From Candidatus Kuenenia stuttgartensis (GTDB taxonomy: Bacteria > Planctomycetota > JAKEIC01 > DYIT01), in NCBI GenBank assembly GCA_020723505.1, contig DYIT01000001.1, positions 8,530-72,529 on the forward strand: a stretch of 64,000 bases of DNA, given 5' to 3'. Below the pieces are notes generated by a model. It had not been told where the DNA came from, made no database searches, and saw only the letters and a list, made by a program, of their open reading frames with translations. Below are positions 55,022 through 63,810 of the stretch, piece by piece; the first letter of the stretch is position 1; the number at the start of each line of letters is the position of its first letter. Position numbers and translations under genes: made by a program.

Positions 55022-58000
55022 ATGCGCGCGAACAAATCGATGACAACGGCCTTTGTTGCCGCGGCCTTCTGCGTCCTTGCCGCGGTCCCAGCCTCCGGCG
55101 ACGCCCCCGTGGACGTCGTCTTCGTCACGGACGATTCCCCGTCCATGGCCCGGAACGACCCGTACGGGCTGAGGTCGATGCTGTTCAAGGCGCTGTGCGA
55201 TTTGCTCGCGCACCAGGGCGGCGACCGGGTGGCGGTGCTCAGGCTGGGCGGCGCACTGGAATCCGCGGAGGCCGGAATCGAGGTATTCCCGCTCACGGAG
55301 ATTCCAAAGGCCGCTGACGAGAAGGCGAAGGCGCTCTTCGAGCTCAAGGCCGTCTTCGACGGCTCCCTCGCAGGATTCGGGCGCGCGGCGGACTTCAATC
55401 ACCTTTTCGAGAAAGGGGTCTTCCCGCTCCTCCGGGACCGCAAGGACGCGCGGAAGGCAATACTGATTCTCGTCACCGACGGGAAGATGGACGTGGTCGA
55501 GGGGAACAGGGTCCACGAGGACTACCGCAAGGCCGTGGCCGACTCCGGACAGGCGCCCGGCCGCGAGGCCCTGAACGACGCCGCCTTGAGGCGCTTCCGC
55601 AACGCGGCGCTCCCGATGCTCGCCGAGACGGGGCTGACAGTGGTGCCGATTGCCGTGGCCGGCTCGCCCGCCGCCGATTCGGCGGTGCTCGCCGACCTCG
55701 CGTCCCTCAAGGGCGGCACGGGACGGGTGATTCCGCTCTCCCCCGACATTAATGCCTGCGTCGCCGACGTTCTCAGGGCGCTGGGCAGGGAGATCGGTCT
55801 TATCCCGCTCGGGCCGCCGGTGACGCTCAAGGCCGAGCCCGGCTCCGAGATTTCCCGCGACATGTGGATTCCCTCCGAGGCTTCGGCGACCAGGATTCTC
55901 GTCGTTTCCGACACCGCCGACTTCACCATATCCTTCTCGGACGTGTCCGGATCGGCGCTCGGCTCCGAGGAGGGGCTTGGGTTCTTCGGCGCCAACGAGA
56001 AGCACCGCGTGATTTCCCTGGGCAGGCAGAAAATCCCCAACAGGATTCTGAAACTTCGGAACCGGGGCAAGCAGGCCGCTTCGTTCGGAATACACACATT
56101 GTCCAGGTTCGACATAGCACCCCGGGCAAAGGTGGTGAATCCCGGCAGGACCGCCGTCGCCGGCGGTTCAATCATGATCGAGGCCGGGCTCGTGTCGCTG
56201 CCCGACGAAACCCCCGTGCGAGACCGCTGGCTTGTCGAGCGCTCGTCGGTGGACATCAGCGTAATCGATTCGTCCGGAGAGAGGACGGAGATTACCCGCG
56301 GGTTCAGCGGCGGCGATTCCGCGTTCAGAATCGTGGAGATTCCCCTTTCAAAGGACGCGGCCGGCGGAACATACCTGCTCAGGATAGAACCCCGGATTCT
56401 TTCCGGGGCGGATGCGGTCTCGACCGGCTGGGTGGACGAGCAGGTGAAGGTGGTGGCCGCGAGAACGGTCGTCAAGGTCGAGTTCGATTCCACAGCGGGC
56501 TTCCCGGACACGGAAGTCAGCCTCAAGGGAGCGGTCGAAAGCGGCAAGGTGGAATCGGAGGCGCTGGAAATCAGGCTAGCGGCCAGGGGCGGGACCGGGG
56601 ACGCCATAAGCACGTCTCTCAAGTGGGACCCCGAAGCCAGGATTTTCCGCGGATCAGTCAAGTTCCCGTTCACGGGCAGGTTCGAGGTCGAGCGGAGCAT
56701 GATTAGGGAGGTGGAAGTGCAGCCCGGCCTCGCGGGCGGGGTCGACATCTCCGAGCGGAGATTCTCGGTGCTCGGGGCCTCCGGGAAGCCGATAGAGGGC
56801 CTGACGTTCGAGGGCGCGGCCGGAAGCGCCTTCGGGGACCAGTCGGTCGAGATATCCGCCAACCTCGCCCCCGGGGAGGAGGGTAGTTTCACGATTTCTC
56901 CGGAACTCAGGGCCGACGCCGGAGCCGTGGCGGTCGAGATTCTGAAGGACGGCCAGCTTCTCCTCGGCCAGGAGCGGATAAGGCTTGCGGGCGGTAAAGC
57001 GGGCCAGAAGCTTACTTTGAGGCTCAAGCCCGGAAACGACGCCAGGCCTTCTGGGGAGATTGGGACGTTCCGAATCAGGGGGAAGATTGGCGAGTCCTCC
57101 ATGGTTCTCGACAAGTACCTGCGGGTGGTGCCGCTGCCTCCGGGAGCGGTCGAGAAGAAGGTGCTGTACGAGGACTTGAGGGTAGTCGCCGCCGCCGCGG
57201 CAGCCGGCGGGCTCCTTGTGCTGGGGCTCGCGTGGTGGCTCGTCCAACCGAGATTCAAATCCGAGCACATCGTGGAGCTTGATCCATCGACCGGGGAGCC
57301 GGGCGAGGGGACGATGCTGCGGGACATGAGCGGCTCCGTGTCGCCGGGCAGGGCCGACGGCATGCCCGACGTCAAGAACTCCGTGAGCTTCGAGCTCACG
57401 GGATTGAGGCCGTTCTCGAAATCGGTGTGCCTCGCCGGCCCGCTCAAGCCGTTCATCCAGTTCCACGTGAACGGCAAGCCCTACCTGAGCCCCACGCAAA
57501 TCAGGCACGGTGACTGGATTCGGCTCAGGGGTTCGAGGTTCACGAGGGAGTACGTCTTCTTCACGGCGCCCGTCGAGGACGACGACTGGAAGGAGATTAT
57601 GGGCAGGATAGCGGCCGACAAGTCGAGACCCAGGCAGGAGGTCGATGCGCAGGCCGAGGCGCCGGCAGCCGCCACAGCCGCGCCCTCGGCATCCACGGGC
57701 GAGGCGGCCGCCCAGCTCGACAGGATTTTCGGCGGCGAGGCGAAGCCGGCCGCCGAGGCGCCTGCGCCCACCCCGGCCGCTCCGGAGTCCCAGAGGCCGC
57801 GCAAGGTCGTCACCCTCGAGGACTTCTTCGGCGCCGATGCAGCCGAGAAGGTCAGGGTCGAGGAAGGGCACAAGCCGAAAGCCGCCGCCGAACCGGCCAG
57901 GGACGAGACGCCGAAGGGCGCGGAAGGCGAGATTAAGGAGGCGCTGGACGACCAGGCCACGGTGCTCGAGACCTTCTTCGGGTCGAAGGACGGAATCCCG

Positions 58001-58741
58001 GGCAAACCCGCCGCGAAGGCGGCCGAGAAGGCGCCCGCCCCCGCGGAGGAGCCCGGCGAAGAGGAGACTATCCTCAATGCCTCCGACGCCGTGGAGAAGC
58101 TGTTCGGCGGCGAGAAGACCGAGATTGTCGACGCGGGCGCGGAGGAGCCGGCGGAGCATGCGCCCGAGTTCGCCGAGAAGGGAGACAGCACTGAAATCGT
58201 CGAGAGCGTGGAGGAGCCGCCCGGATTCAAGGGGGACCGTACGGAAGTAGTCGAAGGGGACGTGCAGGCGAAGGACGAGATGGAGTTCTTCGAGGTTTCC
58301 GAGGACGAGGAGCCCTCAATCGAGATCCCCGAGAGGGTTTCAGAGCCCGAGCCGGCCCCGGAGCCGCCTGCGGACGAGTCGGCGGAGATTCCGGCCGAGC
58401 TCAGGGAAACCAAGGTGGAGGAGTCCACCGGGATTCTGGGCAAGGCGTACGGCACCGAGATGAGGACGATTGGGAAGCAGGCCCCGAAGGAGGACGTGGA
58501 AATCAGCAACGAGGGCGACGACGACGTGGAGATTATCGAGAGCGGGGAGGAGTTCGAGGCGTTCCCTGAGCAGCAGACGATACTCGAGACGGCGTTCGGC
58601 GACGCCATGAAGGAAGACAGGAAGGTCCCGCCCCAGCCGCCGGCCGGGGAACAGGGGCAGATAATCGTCATTGACGAGTGGGAATCCAAGAAAATCGAGG
58701 ACAGGAACAAGGGCAAGGACAAGGGGACCAGGAAGAGGTGA
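55022..58741 (+). CDS. Single-pass membrane vWA protein: extracytoplasmic vWA plus beta-rich repeats, TM helix, cytoplasmic FHA-like segment and long acidic repeat-motif tail
   Basis: Signal MRANKSMTTAFVAAAFCVLAAVPASG. Perfect MIDAS DDSPS in VVFVTDDSPSM, and ILVTDGK. The TM helix is VVAAAAAAGGLLVLGLAWWLV. Next comes HVNGKPY...GDWIRLRGSRF..YVFF (weakly FHA-like), then about 380 aa of Glu/Ala/Pro-rich sequence with repeated short motifs. Confidence 0.75.
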   Translation: MRANKSMTTAFVAAAFCVLAAVPASGDAPVDVVFVTDDSPSMARNDPYGLRSMLFKALCDLLAHQGGDRVAVLRLGGALESAEAGIEVFPLTEIPKAADEKAKALFELKAVFDGSLAGFGRAADFNHLFEKGVFPLLRDRKDARKAILILVTDGKMDVVEGNRVHEDYRKAVADSGQAPGREALNDAALRRFRNAALPMLAETGLTVVPIAVAGSPAADSAVLADLASLKGGTGRVIPLSPDINACVADVLRALGREIGLIPLGPPVTLKAEPGSEISRDMWIPSEASATRILVVSDTADFTISFSDVSGSALGSEEGLGFFGANEKHRVISLGRQKIPNRILKLRNRGKQAASFGIHTLSRFDIAPRAKVVNPGRTAVAGGSIMIEAGLVSLPDETPVRDRWLVERSSVDISVIDSSGERTEITRGFSGGDSAFRIVEIPLSKDAAGGTYLLRIEPRILSGADAVSTGWVDEQVKVVAARTVVKVEFDSTAGFPDTEVSLKGAVESGKVESEALEIRLAARGGTGDAISTSLKWDPEARIFRGSVKFPFTGRFEVERSMIREVEVQPGLAGGVDISERRFSVLGASGKPIEGLTFEGAAGSAFGDQSVEISANLAPGEEGSFTISPELRADAGAVAVEILKDGQLLLGQERIRLAGGKAGQKLTLRLKPGNDARPSGEIGTFRIRGKIGESSMVLDKYLRVVPLPPGAVEKKVLYEDLRVVAAAAAAGGLLVLGLAWWLVQPRFKSEHIVELDPSTGEPGEGTMLRDMSGSVSPGRADGMPDVKNSVSFELTGLRPFSKSVCLAGPLKPFIQFHVNGKPYLSPTQIRHGDWIRLRGSRFTREYVFFTAPVEDDDWKEIMGRIAADKSRPRQEVDAQAEAPAAATAAPSASTGEAAAQLDRIFGGEAKPAAEAPAPTPAAPESQRPRKVVTLEDFFGADAAEKVRVEEGHKPKAAAEPARDETPKGAEGEIKEALDDQATVLETFFGSKDGIPGKPAAKAAEKAPAPAEEPGEEETILNASDAVEKLFGGEKTEIVDAGAEEPAEHAPEFAEKGDSTEIVESVEEPPGFKGDRTEVVEGDVQAKDEMEFFEVSEDEEPSIEIPERVSEPEPAPEPPADESAEIPAELRETKVEESTGILGKAYGTEMRTIGKQAPKEDVEISNEGDDDVEIIESGEEFEAFPEQQTILETAFGDAMKEDRKVPPQPPAGEQGQIIVIDEWESKKIEDRNKGKDKGTRKR

Positions 58742-58840
58742 TTGTTTTCGCGCGGAGGGTTCGACTACGAGCGCGGAAACGTCCCGGCGCGCGAATCAGG
58801 TTCCGCGCCGGATTCCCGATTTGCCGGAATGACGCTGATG

Positions 58841-58872
58841 AAACAGGGGCGGTTCGCGAACCGCCCCTGTTT
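58841..58872. terminator. Bidirectional hairpin terminator between convergent operons
   Basis: Perfect 32-nt palindrome AAACAGGGGCGGTTCG/CGAACCGCCCCTGTTT, with A/T residues on both flanks. Confidence 0.65.
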
Positions 58873-58947
58873 CATTGACTCCCCCCCCCAGGGGTGAATA
58901 ATCATGTGAATCAGCAATCAGATCATGTTAATCAGCGTCGTAGTCCC

Positions 58948-60000
58948 TTATCCCATCGGCCCCTTGACCGGGTATCCCCTGAAGAACCTGCCGAGCGCCT
59001 CGGGATTGGGAGCGGCCTTGAACATGTCGCCGTTCACCTTCATCACCGGCTCGCCGTCGAAGACCACGGCTTCCACGAGCCTGCGCGCGTCCTTCCACGC
59101 GACGAAGCCTTCCATGGCCGCGAGCACGATTTCTCCGGCGAGCTTGGACCTGCCGTCGGACATCTCGATCTTCCTCTTCGCCGGGTCCTTTTCGAGCGCG
59201 TCGAAGTAGATGATCTTCGGGTATCCTTCAACGCCGGCGGTCAGCCTGAACGCGTTGTTGAGCCCCTTGAGCAGGGCGATGAGCCCGTCGATTCTGTCGA
59301 TGTCTCCGCGCTTCTCCTTAATCGTCCTCTGGTCGGCGAACTGGATGTAGGCGAGATCGCAGGTATCGCGGCCGGATCCCTGGGCCAGGAATATCTCGTC
59401 CACCTCCTCGCACACGGGAGTACGCTCGGTGATGTAGAATATCTTGAATCCTTCCCAGGGGTCGAAGCCCGCCAGGACCTGGGAATTCCCGAATATGCCC
59501 TTGACGTCGTCCGGCATGCCGTCGAAGGTCATGTACTTGAGCGCCTGCTCGACCGCCTTGTCGTCCGAAATCTGGACCTTCTGCCCGTCCTTCATGTACC
59601 AGCCGCGCATCAGGTCCGTCGCGTCGAAGTTGTAGCGGCCCAGCAGGAAGTCGTCCACATGGCGCTGCTTCACCGAGGAAATCACGTCGAACGCGACGTT
59701 CGCGAGGTCCTCGACGGTCTTGAACTTCTCGGGCGGCTTGCCGAGGTTCTTCTTCTCGGCGGCGTAGAGCCCGGTGATTTCCTTCTCCACGCGGTCCGTG
59801 AACTCGTCGCCTATGCTCGACGTGCCGGTCTGGCCCATGAACATGACGATGCCCTGCTCGCGCGTGATTTCCTCGTTCACGACCGACCTGATTTTTTCGG
59901 GCGTGTGGAAGATCATCCATTCCGGGTTCCAGTACCTAGCCTCGTCGCAGAGGCAGAGCCCTGAATGCCAGTTGAGCCTCAATGCGTTGATGGAAGTCAT
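58948..60000 (-). CDS. Proteasome-beta-like Ntn hydrolase, oversized, catalytic residues present (putative active subunit)
   Basis: M-TSINALRLNWHSGLCLCDEARYW...PEKI aligns by eye with proteasome beta TTxVGxxxxDGVVLAADxR...K (Thr1/Asp17/Lys33 equivalents at Thr2, Asp19, Lys36). FLAQGSGRD matches the GSG loop. The ATG overlaps the stop of the upstream paralogue (ATGA). Confidence 0.6.
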   Translation of the reverse strand: MTSINALRLNWHSGLCLCDEARYWNPEWMIFHTPEKIRSVVNEEITREQGIVMFMGQTGTSSIGDEFTDRVEKEITGLYAAEKKNLGKPPEKFKTVEDLANVAFDVISSVKQRHVDDFLLGRYNFDATDLMRGWYMKDGQKVQISDDKAVEQALKYMTFDGMPDDVKGIFGNSQVLAGFDPWEGFKIFYITERTPVCEEVDEIFLAQGSGRDTCDLAYIQFADQRTIKEKRGDIDRIDGLIALLKGLNNAFRLTAGVEGYPKIIYFDALEKDPAKRKIEMSDGRSKLAGEIVLAAMEGFVAWKDARRLVEAVVFDGEPVMKVNGDMFKAAPNPEALGRFFRGYPVKGPMG

Positions 60001-61103
60001 CTGCGGCCTCCTTTCCTCTGCGCGCCGCTCCTGTTCCCGGGCTTTCCGGAGCCCGCCGCGAGCAATTCGGGGATTTCCCTGAGCTTGTAGCCCCTGAGCA
60101 CGAGCATGAGCCCGTCGGGACCTCCGGCCTTGTCGACGAGCTTCTTTTCCACGGTCTTGAAATCCACCCTGCCGTAGACCAGGGAATCCAGGAGGTCTAT
60201 CGCCTGGTCCTTCCCGAGGAGTCCGGCGAGGTGGGCCTTGATGATTTCGCCGGCCAGCCTCGCGGAGCCGTCCACTACTTCCCTGAACCTGTCCTCGCGC
60301 TTCTTTCCCCTGCGATCGAAAAGGACCATGTTCATATTGCCGCCGACTTCCTTGAAGTGGTCCTTTGCGATGAGCGCAGAGGATAGGAGCTCGAACAGCC
60401 CCTCAGCGGGCTCGTACCCGGCCTTGCGCATCATCAGCGTGCGGGTCCTGAAATCACGGCCGAGAGAGAGGCCGGATGCGTACTTGCCCGGGCCGATGCA
60501 TTCGAATCCCTCATGCACGTACCCGCAGATGTACTTGTCCGGCGAGAGGTGGTACGAGGTCATGCCCACCTGCTGGTCGAACCCGAACACAACGGCCTTG
60601 GAGTCGAAGATGAACTTGAGCAGCATGTCCTTGCTGTCGCCGGAGGATACGGCCCTCAGCGCGTCCATGACCTTGCCCTGCTTTATCGGGAAGGTTTCGC
60701 CCTTCCGCGAGAGCGAGGAGCGGTTCACATCCTCGGTATCCACGCCGTAGAAGAACCTGAGCTTCTGGTCTATGCGCCTGCGGATCTGCTTCCTGAGCTC
60801 GTCGAATGCCATGCGGGCGATTTCGCGGACGGTCGCCGGCGGCTCGGCCTCCTGCTTCTCGGCCTGCGCCATCCGGGCGGCGATTGCCTTGCGGGTCTCC
60901 CTGACGACCTCGCGGTGGAAGGACGGGTAGCCTGATCCGCCGTAGACCACCTCCATCCCGCAGGCCTGCGCGGTCTTCCCGTCGAGCAGGGAATGGAGGC
61001 TGTCGCAGCAGAGCCTCCTGCGGAAGAAGACGTTCCAGAACTCTTCGTCCGCAACGCCTGCGCCGCAGTCGTCGTTGAACCTGAGAAAGTTGACGAGGGC
61101 CAT
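59997..61103 (-). CDS. Paralogue of the proteasome-beta-like protein lacking the nucleophile (putative non-catalytic partner subunit)
   Basis: M-ALVNFLRFNDDCGAGVADEEFWN has the same N-terminal pattern but Ala2 replaces Thr and Ser replaces the Lys equivalent. CIGPGKYAS aligns with the GSG loop. It shares a C-terminal DGxxxLAGEI motif with the downstream gene. Confidence 0.55.
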   Translation of the reverse strand: MALVNFLRFNDDCGAGVADEEFWNVFFRRRLCCDSLHSLLDGKTAQACGMEVVYGGSGYPSFHREVVRETRKAIAARMAQAEKQEAEPPATVREIARMAFDELRKQIRRRIDQKLRFFYGVDTEDVNRSSLSRKGETFPIKQGKVMDALRAVSSGDSKDMLLKFIFDSKAVVFGFDQQVGMTSYHLSPDKYICGYVHEGFECIGPGKYASGLSLGRDFRTRTLMMRKAGYEPAEGLFELLSSALIAKDHFKEVGGNMNMVLFDRRGKKREDRFREVVDGSARLAGEIIKAHLAGLLGKDQAIDLLDSLVYGRVDFKTVEKKLVDKAGGPDGLMLVLRGYKLREIPELLAAGSGKPGNRSGAQRKGGRR

Positions 61104-61180
61104 CGTAGTCAGTCCTCAACGCCATACTGGGGCGGGAAGCCCGCGCTCGCGCCCGGCGCTTTCCGGCCCCGAACTGCGGA

Positions 61181-61209
61181 ATGCTAGACGGAAAGGAAAG
61201 GGATGTCAA
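61181..61209 (-). promoter_or_regulatory. Candidate sigma-70 promoter for the proteasome-like gene pair
   Basis: The minus strand reads TTGACA-N17-TAGCAT, about 75 nt upstream of ATG 61103. GAGGA RBS lies 9 nt before the ATG. Confidence 0.45.
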
Positions 61210-61290
61210 CAAAAGCACGGGGCGCGGCAGCCGTAAATAGGTGTTAGCCGCCGATGCTCCGGTCTCGGCTTTCGCAGCGACGGCGGTCCC

Positions 61291-61977
61291 TCATTTCCCC
61301 AGTACTGCCTCGATGACCGACGGGGGTATGCTGATGTCCGCCACGACGATCTTCCCGCAGAGCGCGGGACCGTCGGCCAGCGCGAAACCGGCCTTCTCCA
61401 CTCCGAAGGTGACGGTTACCGACGCTCGCACCGCCTCGCCCTCGGTCTTTCCGGTGTCGCAGTCGAGCCCCGAGGGGATGTCGACGGCCAGGACCTTCCT
61501 CCCGGACCTGTTGAGAATCGAAATAGCCGATGCCACGGGCTCTCTCGGCCTTCCGGACGAACCGGTCCCGAGCATGGCATCCACGGCCACCGAGCAGGAC
61601 GTGAGGGCGGCGGAGAGCCTGTCCATGAAATCCCGGTCCGACAAGTCCACGACGCGCAGGCCCATCTTCACGACGGCGGCCAGGTTGGCGCCCGCGTCCG
61701 ACCTGCGGTCCGAATCCGCCGCCCTGCCGAGGAAGAAGACCACCGCGGGAATGCCCCGGTTGTGCAGCCGGCGGGCCACGACGAATCCGTCGCCTCCGTT
61801 GTTGCCTGGCCCGGCGACGACGACCACGGGGAGCGGGTCGGGACCGCGCATCCTGAGCGCTTCCTCGGCGACCGCCGCGCCCGCGTTCTCCATGAGGACG
61901 GCGCCGGGAATGCCGATTTCCTCGATTGTGATTCTGTCCATTTCCCGCATCTGCATGCGGCTTGCGGCGATGCGCAT
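61291..61977 (-). CDS. nnrE: NAD(P)H-hydrate epimerase (stand-alone YjeF N-terminal domain)
   Basis: VVVVAGPGNNGGDGFVVARRL and VDAMLGTG...LAVDIPSGLDCDTG are YjeF_N signatures. There is no fused C-terminal dehydratase domain. Start (ATG 61977) is uncertain. Confidence 0.8.
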   Translation of the reverse strand: MRIAASRMQMREMDRITIEEIGIPGAVLMENAGAAVAEEALRMRGPDPLPVVVVAGPGNNGGDGFVVARRLHNRGIPAVVFFLGRAADSDRRSDAGANLAAVVKMGLRVVDLSDRDFMDRLSAALTSCSVAVDAMLGTGSSGRPREPVASAISILNRSGRKVLAVDIPSGLDCDTGKTEGEAVRASVTVTFGVEKAGFALADGPALCGKIVVADISIPPSVIEAVLGK

Positions 61978-62212
61978 ATTCCGCCTTTCAAGCAACCGGC
62001 GAGGGGGGATCAGGGTACCGGGGAGCCTTCTGGGAACACCTCGCCGGCTCTTGTCGCGGGTTTCGCAAGCGCCAGCGAAACCAGGGGCTCGATTGGACTC
62101 GTACGGCGCCACGCTCCAGTCATTGGTTGTTGGAAGTTAAGATTTCATTGGGAGTTGGGATTTGGACGTTGGGATTTTCCTACTGCTTATCTCATGACTT
62201 TGCGCAGTAGGA

Positions 62213-62968
62213 TTATTCCTCCGCCTTTCCTTCGCTGCCCACGGACTTGGAGGGCGGAACCCCGACGTAGAACTCGAAGATCGCCCTGCCAATCCTGAAC
62301 TTGTCTCCATGCTGGAGCCGTTCGTCGTCCATCTCCTTTTCGTTGAGCTTGGTGATGCGGCGCGGGGCGAGGTTAATCAGGCGGAAGCCGTTATTGTCGC
62401 GTACGAGCGCGGCATGCTTGGGATAGATGAAGAATCCGCCCACGTTGAAATCGCAGGACACGGCCTTCCCGAAGAAGGTGATTGTCTTGACCACGGGCTG
62501 GTTCTGCTTCTTCCCCGAGGGCGCGAGATATGTGATGTATGCCTTGAGCTTGCTGGCGCGCTCCCTCTGCATCATCTCCATCTCCCTCGCGTCCACCGCG
62601 AGGGTGAGGTCGGGGCTCGCGCCGGGCTGGGCCAGGGCCGCGGGGGGCGCCGCACGCTTCTGGGTCTGCGGCTTGGCGCCCAGGCCCAAATCCACCTCGA
62701 AGGAGAACTTCCCGATGCTGAATTCGTCGCCGGTGTTGAGGTTGTACGCGTCTATCTTCTTCCCGTTCGCGAAGGTCCCGTTGTTCGAGCCCAGGTCGTG
62801 GAGGATGTAGACTCCGGCCTTCCTCTCGATTTGCGCATGCTCGCGCGACACTCCGAGATTGTCGAGGACCACGTCGCAGGTCGTGTTCCTGCCGATGACA
62901 ATCAAGTCCTTGTCGAGCTGGTATTTGTCGACGAGGTTTCCCGAAAATCTGAGCGTCAGCTTAATCAT
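62213..62968 (-). CDS. Double FHA-domain protein
   Basis: FHA 1 is IVIGRNTTCDVVLDNLGVSREHAQIE...LHDLGSNNGTFANGKKI...FSIGKFSF. A second, more divergent FHA-like domain is FFGKAVSCDFNV...HAALV...FRIGRAIFEF. Confidence 0.8.
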   Translation of the reverse strand: MIKLTLRFSGNLVDKYQLDKDLIVIGRNTTCDVVLDNLGVSREHAQIERKAGVYILHDLGSNNGTFANGKKIDAYNLNTGDEFSIGKFSFEVDLGLGAKPQTQKRAAPPAALAQPGASPDLTLAVDAREMEMMQRERASKLKAYITYLAPSGKKQNQPVVKTITFFGKAVSCDFNVGGFFIYPKHAALVRDNNGFRLINLAPRRITKLNEKEMDDERLQHGDKFRIGRAIFEFYVGVPPSKSVGSEGKAEE

Positions 62969-63004
62969 CGTTCTCTGTCTCCAGTTCGGAGGAAAACGGC
63001 AGTG

Positions 63005-63034
63005 ATTCTAGAAAAGCAGCGGAGAACAAATCAA
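63005..63034 (-). promoter_or_regulatory. Candidate sigma-70 promoter for the double-FHA gene
   Basis: The minus strand reads TTGATT-N18-TAGAAT, about 35 nt upstream of ATG 62968. Confidence 0.4.
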
Positions 63035-63161
63035 GGCATTTCCGGAGGAATGTGATAAGATACTTTGACGCGAGGTTGCCTGGCGGTCATGGCAGGCCGG
63101 CCTCGGCCGTCCTGGCGTGTTCCCGGGGCGGCCGGCGGCATGACCGCGGATTCGGTGACGT

Positions 63162-63779
63162 ATGAAGAACCAGCATGAGAGGCTGTTCGAAGCGCTCGCC
63201 TCGGACGCGAGGGAGGAGCGCATGGACGCAATCGGCGCGCTCTCGATATTGAGGTGCGCCGACGGCATGCAGCCTTCGTACGTATTGTCCGCCGCGGACA
63301 GAATCATGGCTTCGTACCATGCCCGCAACCGGGCCGAGAGGCATGCAATCGCGAGGCTCCTCGAGACGTGGTTCCAGTCGGAGCGGTCGCTGCCCCTTTC
63401 GCGCCGCATCGCCTCCGCGAGGATGGAGGAACTGGACGAGGGAATCCGCGAGTCGCTGCTCTCCGCGTCAATCTCCGCCATGCCCTCGGCTGATTTAATC
63501 GGCATGCTCGCATGCCCCTCGGACGAACACCTCAGGGAGGGGCTCGGACTGCTCATGATGCTTGAAGCCCTGTCGTTCCGCTTCTCGGCGCGGGAATTCG
63601 CCCCGGAGGACGTCCCGGCGCTGATGAGCGCGCTTCGCGGGGCCCGGGCGCTGAGGGGCAGCCACATAGCGCGGCCCTTCCTCTGGCGGCTCGAGGACGT
63701 AATCGCCGCGGTCGAGGCGTTCGCGTCGAAATTCGGGATTGACCTCTGCCTCGAAGAGCGGCCTGAAGCCCAATTCTAG
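63162..63779 (+). CDS. Hypothetical helical protein
   Basis: 205-aa ORF between the FHA gene and the kinase gene. Helical repeat-like composition with no assignable motif. Confidence 0.5.
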   Translation: MKNQHERLFEALASDAREERMDAIGALSILRCADGMQPSYVLSAADRIMASYHARNRAERHAIARLLETWFQSERSLPLSRRIASARMEELDEGIRESLLSASISAMPSADLIGMLACPSDEHLREGLGLLMMLEALSFRFSAREFAPEDVPALMSALRGARALRGSHIARPFLWRLEDVIAAVEAFASKFGIDLCLEERPEAQF

Positions 63780-63810
63780 CCAGGATGATTCGGCTTTTTC
63801 CGGTTTGCCA

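Noticed and set aside
54845-58159. Several 400-650-aa minus-strand ORFs (54845-56095, 55522-57477, 56654-58159) opposite the large vWA gene
   Set aside because: They mutually overlap, have low-complexity composition and show no motifs. The plus-strand frame has a signal peptide, a MIDAS motif and a TM helix.
58885-58945. Clustered AATCAG / ATCATGT short repeats just downstream of the proteasome-like operon stop
   Set aside because: There are only 2-3 short imperfect copies in a 3' untranslated stretch, which is too little to call a repeat element or binding array.
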